Source: Zygophlyctis sp. KS116 (Eukaryota > Fungi > Chytridiomycota). From it: a DNA stretch of 5,377 bases. The notes beneath the pieces were generated by a model, which ran no database searches, was not told where the DNA came from, and saw only the letters and a list, made by a program, of their open reading frames with translations. The stretch is from assembly GCA_054661495.1 (NCBI GenBank), contig BAAFSQ010000480.1, forward strand, positions 1-5,377, in the 5' to 3' direction. Below are positions 1 through 5,377 of this stretch, in pieces. The first letter of the stretch is position 1. Every line of letters starts with the position of its first letter. Position numbers and translations under genes: made by a program.

Positions 1-119
1 GCATTTCTTTCATATATCAATTCTTGTACTTCAGTATCATTTAAAGGAGCCTTGAATTGCCGAGGAGGCTCATTATCCCCTATTAAACGTGGTTCTATCC
101 CAAATAAAAGTTTAAAAGG
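1..119 (-). pseudogene. Fragment of a second, diverged Ty3/Gypsy integrase (post-catalytic region), running off the window edge
   Basis: My translation of 119->1 is PFKLLFGIEPRLIGDNEPPRQFKAPLNDTEVQELIYERN(A), with no stop. It aligns by eye with AYYLSHGFEPRLPGDELP...DLND...ALTERE in the main integrase (~405-290). Confidence 0.75.
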
Positions 120-2332
120 AATTTGAAACGAGTGCGACTATGATTAATCATTTTTACAACATCCCCTATTTGATATCTTGCATCTGACACTCCCAATTTC
201 TTATCGTAATAGAATTTCATACGAACAGCCTGAGTCTTGAGTCTTTGGAGTGCTGCTGCCCGATTTTGACCCAACAGAGCCAACTCTCTCTCCGTAAGTG
301 CAGCAATATCCCCTGCATCATTTAAATCGTAGAATCCCGGTGGTAGAGCTGGCAACTCATCCCCCGGTAATCTGGGCTCAAAGCCATGAGATAAGTAATA
401 TGCAGAAAATCCCGTACTATCACTGATCCTTAAGTTCATAACGAACTCTGCCAAAGGTAAAATACGGACCCACTTCGCCGGATCACCATTACTTAGTTTT
501 GTAATAATATTTTTCAGGTCTTGGTGACCTCGTTCATCCAAACCATTGGTCCTAGGAGTGTAAGCGGCGGAGGGTAAATGGTGAATTTCCAGCAATTTCA
601 AGTATTCCCCTAAAACAGTATCCATGAATCCCCGATCTGTCACTATTTCCACCGGGCTACCATACTTACATACGATTTCTCTAAAAATACATTCTGCAGC
701 AGTTTTAGCAGTTCTATCTTTAGTAGCTACAAAAATAACCCTCTTCGTTGCATAGCAACGAGCAGAAAAAATATTGCAATAACCGTCTACTACCGGCAAG
801 TCCTGTACATAATCTACTCCCCACTTCATAAATGGTAGGCCTACTGGTTCATGCGGCTGCAGCGGTCTATGAGAAAGTTGTTGATTGCTTCCATTTAACT
901 GACACTGTGGGCAACTATTTTGTACTTTAACAATATCTAATTTAAGAGAAGGCCAATAATAACGAACTTCCATGAGCGGCAACAATGTATTGACTTGCAT
1001 ATGACCCAATACCCTATGATACTTGTAAATTAATGATTCCCTTTCCACAAACGGTACATACGGTACATGATAGGTCTGTCCTCTTTTAATTATCATCTTG
1101 TATAACCGATCATTCTTGAAAATATATGACTTAGCCAAACGTTTGATCTTATTGAGGATTGATGACACTAAAACATATGGCAGTTCCCCATTCCATAAAT
1201 ACTGCAACAGGTACTGAAACAACAATGGATCCGGGCTGTCCTGAGTCCCTCCTTGAAACTCTTCAAATTGGCTCACGTCACCCACAGCATCAATGTCATC
1301 TTCATCAAATGAGCTCCCTTCGCTGATATCAGACTGATAATTTGCAGCATCATAATCCGAGTTGGAAGCAGACATTTCAGCTTCCTCGTCTGAAGTATCC
1401 AATGCATTAATAATCGCCCTATCATTTAATTTTGCAGACGAAAAATCAGAACTACGTTCCTTGAAATTAAACTTATCTTGAGTTAACAATATTTGTTCAT
1501 TAACCAGATATTCTTCATCTTCTGGTCTGATCTTTAAAGCTTCTTGCCGAGACAATGCATCAGAAACCACCTGCTGATTTCCAGGGCGAACAGTTATTGA
1601 TATATTGTAGTCAGCCAAAAACAAACTCCACCTGGCCTGCCGGCGGTTCAAATGGCGAGATGTCATAAAATACTGCAGATTCTTATGATCCGTGTACACA
1701 ATGACGGGCAGCTTGGTTCCAATGCAATAATGTCTGAAATTTCGTAAACATTCGATGATAGACAAAAGCTCCTTATCGTAGATCTCATAATTGATTTCGG
1801 CTGCAGTAAACTTTCTTGAAAAGAAACCAATGGGTCTTAGTCGATCATTTTCATCCTTCTGACTAAGTATTCCTCCGAGGGCATAATCCGAGGCATCACT
1901 CTCTAAGTAAAACTGTTTAGTCTGATCCGGCTGAATCAATACACATTCGGTAGCAAAAGCGGCTTTCAAAGAGTTGAATGATTTTTCACAATCCGAATCC
2001 CAAACAAATGAATTGCTCTTTTTGGTTAGCTTGTAAAGAGGACCTGCTATATGTGCAAACCTTGGAATAAAATCTCGGTAATAGTTGCATAAGCCCAAGA
2101 AAGATTGAATTTCCTTTACATTTTCAGGTGATTTCCAACTTTGTATAGACTTTACCTTTGAGGAGTCCATCTCAACACCATTGACAGATATAGTATGACC
2201 CAAGAAATTAACTCTAGACTGGTAGAACACACATTTTTTCGGATTGGCTTTAAGATTATTAGCACGTAAACGATTGAACACATCTAACAAGAGTTTTTGG
2301 TGATCTTCCTTCGTCAAAGAATACAACAGCAA
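95..2332 (-). CDS. pol: Pol fragment 2: RT C-terminus, RNase H and integrase (C-terminally truncated)
   Basis: KKCVFYQSRVNFLGH, EIQSFLGLCNYYRDFI, RNase H SDASDYALG/DKELLSI/TDHKNL/DALSR. Integrase H-X4-H-X29-C-X2-C (1018-902) and catalytic D (814-812), D (637-635), E (535-533). The TTG 'start' follows the GAT GAC (DD) codons and is not a real start. Confidence 0.93.
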   Translation of the reverse strand: MLLYSLTKEDHQKLLLDVFNRLRANNLKANPKKCVFYQSRVNFLGHTISVNGVEMDSSKVKSIQSWKSPENVKEIQSFLGLCNYYRDFIPRFAHIAGPLYKLTKKSNSFVWDSDCEKSFNSLKAAFATECVLIQPDQTKQFYLESDASDYALGGILSQKDENDRLRPIGFFSRKFTAAEINYEIYDKELLSIIECLRNFRHYCIGTKLPVIVYTDHKNLQYFMTSRHLNRRQARWSLFLADYNISITVRPGNQQVVSDALSRQEALKIRPEDEEYLVNEQILLTQDKFNFKERSSDFSSAKLNDRAIINALDTSDEEAEMSASNSDYDAANYQSDISEGSSFDEDDIDAVGDVSQFEEFQGGTQDSPDPLLFQYLLQYLWNGELPYVLVSSILNKIKRLAKSYIFKNDRLYKMIIKRGQTYHVPYVPFVERESLIYKYHRVLGHMQVNTLLPLMEVRYYWPSLKLDIVKVQNSCPQCQLNGSNQQLSHRPLQPHEPVGLPFMKWGVDYVQDLPVVDGYCNIFSARCYATKRVIFVATKDRTAKTAAECIFREIVCKYGSPVEIVTDRGFMDTVLGEYLKLLEIHHLPSAAYTPRTNGLDERGHQDLKNIITKLSNGDPAKWVRILPLAEFVMNLRISDSTGFSAYYLSHGFEPRLPGDELPALPPGFYDLNDAGDIAALTERELALLGQNRAAALQRLKTQAVRMKFYYDKKLGVSDARYQIGDVVKMINHSRTRFKFLLNFYLG

Positions 2333-3492
2333 GTCATCACCAATAATCCGCGATCAATTAAATCACAAAAGACAGAATTCATGAACGCCTGAAAGTGCCC
2401 AGGAGCATTTTTCAGGCCAAATGGCATGACCAAATACTCAAAGTGACCGTATTTAGTGCGGAATGCTGTAAGATATTCTTGACCTTTGACAATGCGGACC
2501 AAATTAAAAGCATTTTTTAAGTCGATCTTCGAATAATATCTAGCTCCATGGGCACGGAAAAGCATATCTCGGATGATGGGCAATGCTGCACGGTTTGTCC
2601 TGGAGACACTATTTAATCCCCTGTAATCTACACATAAACGGAGAGTCCCATCAGATTTTTTGACAAACATGACTGGTGACCCAGCTGGTGACTTGGACTC
2701 TCTAATAATGCCTGCTGCTAGTGCACCTTCAATGTACTTCTTCAGTACAATTCCTTCCTCAACACTGAGTGAATAGATCGGTCCAAATGGTGGTGTCTTT
2801 CCTTCATCCAATTCTATTTCCAGATCAATACCATCCCGGTGTGGTGGAAGCAATGGGAACTCGGACGAAGAGAACACGTCTGAATAATCTGACAGAATAT
2901 CCCCCGGAATTGTAGAAACATCAGAATCATTTTCAACCACGCTGTAACTTTCCACAAAACCGATAAGCAAGTCTTCATCCTCTTCAATCAAATTAATCAA
3001 CGCATTCACATCCAGCACTTCCTCTGACAAATTCCTTTGTCCAGTTACTACATCTTGTTTTGAATTTAACAATACTTGCCTATTAAGGATTCCTTCTGAG
3101 GTACATGCAGGAATCCCGGCTTCGTTCTTTTGCATACAATTACGGAAAGTTATCTGTTCCTTTTGCCAATCCACTGTAGGATTGTACTTCTTAAACCATT
3201 GATAGCCTAAAATCACTTGGTGCGCTGGAGAATCAATAATCAATAATTCCAAATCCATGTTCAAGTCGAACAACTGTAACTGTCCACAGACACATTCTTT
3301 TATCTCTCCAGAGCCACAGGCCGTTCCATCTATGGATCTAACCTTGATGACTCTGCCAATTTTTTTCAACTTAAGACCCAACTTTTTAGCAAATTCACGA
3401 TCCATATAACACATTCCCATAGCACCAGAATCCAACATGACTTCCACGGTAGCCGAAATGTTTCCTACCCGAAGCTCTCCCAACAACTTCAA
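2314..3492 (-). CDS. pol: Pol fragment 1: aspartic protease plus N-terminal part of reverse transcriptase
   Basis: Protease active site MLDSGA (DSGA at 3432-3421) and VILGYQW...NP.VDW. RT motifs PPFGPIYSLS, SKSPAGSPVMFVKKSDGTLRLCVDYRGLN, KIDLKNAFNLVRI and TAFRTKYGHFEYLVMPFGLKNAP. In frame with gag. Homology is lost after RGLLV (~2339). Confidence 0.92.
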   Translation of the reverse strand: MKLLGELRVGNISATVEVMLDSGAMGMCYMDREFAKKLGLKLKKIGRVIKVRSIDGTACGSGEIKECVCGQLQLFDLNMDLELLIIDSPAHQVILGYQWFKKYNPTVDWQKEQITFRNCMQKNEAGIPACTSEGILNRQVLLNSKQDVVTGQRNLSEEVLDVNALINLIEEDEDLLIGFVESYSVVENDSDVSTIPGDILSDYSDVFSSSEFPLLPPHRDGIDLEIELDEGKTPPFGPIYSLSVEEGIVLKKYIEGALAAGIIRESKSPAGSPVMFVKKSDGTLRLCVDYRGLNSVSRTNRAALPIIRDMLFRAHGARYYSKIDLKNAFNLVRIVKGQEYLTAFRTKYGHFEYLVMPFGLKNAPGHFQAFMNSVFCDLIDRGLLVMTCCCIL

Positions 3493-3501
3493 TAACCGAC
3501 T

Positions 3502-4359
3502 TCATTCAATTTCCTCGGCAGCTTCGCTGACTACATTAAGTGACATCTTCAACTCTTCTGTTTCTGCTGATGCTTGAACCTTGCAGACTTTTTCACGAGG
3601 ATTTACCTCAGAGTTAGAAAACAAATAAGCCCCATTTCTTTTATTCTTAGCCGGACAATTAAAAGCCAAATGAGAAGGGGGAGATCCAACCACAATCTTG
3701 CAGTAGTGACATCTTCTCTCTTGTTCACAAATTCGACGTCTGTCTTCAGAACTCATCTTTCTAATCTCTTCCAATCTTTCTCTTGAATTAGATAGCGTTA
3801 CTCCATTGACCAGAACCTCTTCTTCATAATCCAAATTTCCAAGATCCATGGGGGTGGGTCCATTTTGAGCTACAGGTTCGGATTTATGGGTTTCAAAACG
3901 AAACTCCTGCCGATTATGGCCTGCATTAATTCTTCGATTTCCAAAACCACCATTATTTTGACGATCCCTTTTGAGTCGAAACAGGCGATTATCTAAATCC
4001 ACCACACATTGAACATAACTATCCAAATCATCTGGCAAATCTTTATCGACTAAACGGTCCCTAATTTCAAAATTCAAACCTCTTTCAAAGATGGGTCGAG
4101 CTGAGTCTGGGGATATATCAGATCGATAAAGGTATTCAGCAAACTTAGTCCAATATGACAAAACAGATTGGTTCTTTCCTTGGACAAGAGATAACAAGGC
4201 ATCTGTAGCATTTCTTTTCACAAATGGATCATTAAATTTGGAGAAACCGACTAAAAATGAATCCCAATCATTTAAGATTTTCTGATTGTTTCCTTCCAAC
4301 GGATTCTCAATCAACGTCACAGCCCAATCCGCTGCAGAACCTTCTAGTCTGGAGATCAC
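3502..4359 (-). CDS. gag: Gag C-terminal fragment (capsid core plus CCHC knuckle)
   Basis: ISRLEGSAADW, QGKNQSV..Y...F, FERGL, GPTPMDL and a Cys/His knuckle at 3711-3655. The GTG 'start' is internal, because the frame is open further upstream through the repeat. Confidence 0.8.
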   Translation of the reverse strand: MISRLEGSAADWAVTLIENPLEGNNQKILNDWDSFLVGFSKFNDPFVKRNATDALLSLVQGKNQSVLSYWTKFAEYLYRSDISPDSARPIFERGLNFEIRDRLVDKDLPDDLDSYVQCVVDLDNRLFRLKRDRQNNGGFGNRRINAGHNRQEFRFETHKSEPVAQNGPTPMDLGNLDYEEEVLVNGVTLSNSRERLEEIRKMSSEDRRRICEQERRCHYCKIVVGSPPSHLAFNCPAKNKRNGAYLFSNSEVNPREKVCKVQASAETEELKMSLNVVSEAAEEIE

Positions 4360-4643
4360 ATAACCAATTTTTTTAGAACAGGCTGTTTTTTTAGAACAGG
4401 CTGTTTTTTTAGAACAGGCTGAAATGAGAAGAAATTTCGCAACCGTGCTAGGAACAAAGAGTATTGATTTTTGTGTCCATTAAAAGTTTGGACGTCTGGC
4501 ACCTTAGGATCCCTTGGAATTCTTTTCGGTGGTAATTGATTTTGTACTTGTAACTGAGCAAGTGCAACTAAGACTTGTTGTAATAAGTCCGGGTCTATAG
4601 CTTGAGAGGCTATAGGAGTAGTAGAGCGAGGTAATTCTTCCAT
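4356..4643 (-). CDS. gag: Gag N-terminal fragment (95 aa)
   Basis: Starts at ATG. Contains the P..P..F.G...Y..FL motif typical of the start of the Ty3/Gypsy capsid domain. Ends in QPVLKK x3 followed by a stop. Confidence 0.7.
   Translation of the reverse strand: MEELPRSTTPIASQAIDPDLLQQVLVALAQLQVQNQLPPKRIPRDPKVPDVQTFNGHKNQYSLFLARLRNFFSFQPVLKKQPVLKKQPVLKKLVM
4368..4421. repeat. Perfect tandem repeat, 3 x 18 bp (TTTTTTTAGAACAGGCTG)
   Basis: Units at 4368-4385, 4386-4403 and 4404-4421 are identical. They encode QPVLKK in the upstream gag frame and (T/S)ACSKK in the downstream frame. Confidence 0.98.
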
Positions 4644-4674
4644 ACTTATACTAGGCGAAGTGGTATTTTTTGTG

Positions 4675-4684
4675 GTCTAATTAA
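4675..4684 (-). promoter_or_regulatory. Candidate self-priming primer-binding site (TTAATTAGAC)
   Basis: Lies 2 nt after ...TAGCA on the minus strand and is the exact reverse complement of 4801-4810. No TGG-type tRNA PBS follows either candidate LTR end. Confidence 0.35.
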
Positions 4685-5094
4685 ACTGCTACAGGGCAGA
4701 AGCGTGATAACAATACAAGACAAGGACGAGATAAGAGTTCGATACAAAAATAGAACTCAACAACACAAATTAATAATTAACAAGATCAAGATGAACTTTG
4801 TTAATTAGACAAAAGAAAATCCTTGACACATTTGATCAATAAGCCTCCAACCACGTGTACCAGCACCAAAAGCCAATCAGTTACCAAGCAGCCAAAATCC
4901 AATCCATGATATTTAGACATTAAGACAATAGAATAAAATATGATATAAAAATAGAAGAAGATCCAGTAGTAATGATCAATAATAGAGACGATAATTAGCA
5001 ATATGAGGAATAAAATGTAACAGATGTTGTCAATCAGTGATTGCTTATTAAATTATCAGTCTATAAGATCCATTTAATCTTATCACTCTTATTG

Positions 5095-5101
5095 TTATAT
5101 A
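5095..5101 (-). promoter_or_regulatory. Candidate TATA box (TATATAA) of the LTR promoter
   Basis: TATATAA reads on the minus strand ~450 nt upstream of the gag ATG. The site is palindromic (TTATATAA) and sits in AT-rich DNA, so it could be chance. Confidence 0.3.
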
Positions 5102-5193
5102 ATCTTATTAGAACTATTATGCTTTAGAACCTTCTAGTTTTAGGTCATTGTGTTAGGTTGAAACACGTCGGACCTTTTCTTTTGTAGAAAATA

Positions 5194-5250
5194 TCAATAA
5201 AGATATTTAATATAAAGGTAATTACTCAATAAAGATATTTACTATAAAGG
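5194..5250. repeat. Direct repeat, 2 x 25 bp with one mismatch (TCAATAAAGATATTTA[A/C]TATAAAGG)
   Basis: Copies at 5194-5218 and 5226-5250, period 32 bp. Confidence 0.92.
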
Positions 5251-5377
5251 GTTTTATCTGAGGTCATTAAGTTTAGATCTCACAGAATATTTTCTACCTA
5301 AATGTCTGAATCTAGACCTTCTTCGCCGTTGGACAATGTCTTATCCAATACGGCAAATATTGAACAATTAATAAATA

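Larger units (their letters stand above)
3502..4643 (-). pseudogene. gag: Retrotransposon Gag (capsid plus nucleocapsid zinc knuckle), split by a -1 frameshift at 4368-4421
   Basis: ATG at 4643. ORF 4643-4356 gives PKVPDVQTFNG...FLARLRNFFSFQP. The -1 frame continues KIGYVISRLEGSAADWA...LLSLVQGKNQSVLSYWTKF...FERGLN (Retrotrans_gag-like), then GPTPMDL and CHYC...H...C. TGA at 3504-3502. Confidence 0.88.
120..5377 (-). mobile_element. Ty3/Gypsy LTR retrotransposon, degenerate and 3'-truncated; Gag/RT/RNase H resemble the Tf1/Tf2-sushi (chromovirus) group
   Basis: Domain order gag-PR-RT-RH-IN, with integrase after RNase H, is diagnostic of Ty3/Gypsy. Recognisable motifs: DSGA, LRLCVDYRGLN, MPFGLKNAP, SDASDYALGGILSQ, YTDHKNL, HHCC and DDE. 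The 5' boundary is unresolved and may lie inside or beyond the window. No 3' LTR, PPT or chromodomain is visible. Confidence 0.95.
4687..5377 (-). repeat. Probable 5' LTR and/or leader region (boundaries uncertain)
   Basis: AT-rich non-coding DNA directly upstream of gag, with a TATATAA and short repeats. Candidate LTR 3' ends on the minus strand are ...CTGTAGCA (ending 4687) and ...CTGTTACA (ending 5016). There is no second LTR in the window to confirm either. Confidence 0.5.

Noticed and set aside
1-200. Chromodomain, polypurine tract or 3' LTR
   Set aside because: None is visible. The element is cut at ~120 before these would occur, so chromovirus status cannot be confirmed from a chromodomain.
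2314-2900. Prokaryotic RT system (retron, DGR, group II intron)
   Set aside because: The RT is flanked by Gag, aspartic protease, RNase H and DDE integrase, which is a clear LTR-retroelement context.
3574-3786. 70-aa plus-strand ORF
   Set aside because: It has a TTG start, lies antisense to gag and shows no recognisable motif, so it is most likely a shadow ORF.
4368-4421. CRISPR-like array
   Set aside because: The units are directly adjacent with no spacers, lie inside gag, and no cas genes are present.
95-4643. RIP-type hypermutation as the cause of decay
   Set aside because: There is only one in-frame stop in ~4.5 kb of reconstructed coding sequence, and the other lesions are indels. Dinucleotide indices were not computed.
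4699-4706. GAAGCGTG resembling the D-arm region of initiator tRNA-Met (possible tRNA-fragment PBS)
   Set aside because: The match is only ~8 nt, is recalled from memory, and does not involve the tRNA 3' end or the anticodon-stem fragment known to prime.
4801-5001. 66-aa hydrophobic minus-strand ORF upstream of gag (possible env-like or extra ORF)
   Set aside because: It has a TTG start, and the I/F/Y/L richness follows from the T-rich LTR/leader strand. It is short and has no motif.
4705-5085. Alternative LTR bounded by TGATAA...TTATCA
   Set aside because: TTATCA occurs twice (5053-5058, 5080-5085) in AT-rich DNA, and no PBS-like support follows 4705.

Overview
The window is almost entirely one degenerate Ty3/Gypsy (Metaviridae) LTR retrotransposon on the minus strand. 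The order is a non-coding 5' LTR/leader (~5377-4644), then gag, protease, RT, RNase H, an acidic linker and integrase. The host is eukaryotic; the motif style suggests a fungus, but that is inference. The four minus-strand ORFs look like pieces of one ancestral gag-pol reading frame with three breaks: a -1 frameshift at a perfect 3x18-bp tandem repeat in gag (4368-4421), one in-frame TGA between gag and protease (3502-3504), and a small deletion removing the 'Yx' of the RT YxDD motif (~2338). At ~120 the integrase stops before its GPY/F motif and is joined to the integrase of a second, diverged element (119-1), which the ORF track misses. Other oddities are a CX2CX9HX4C zinc knuckle, D(33)E integrase spacing, a 58-aa linker with no basic residues, an integrase that may come from a different lineage than RT/RNase H, and a candidate Tf1-type self-priming site. 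I see no host genes or RNA genes. The evidence supports an unusual retrotransposon copy, not a new class of system.
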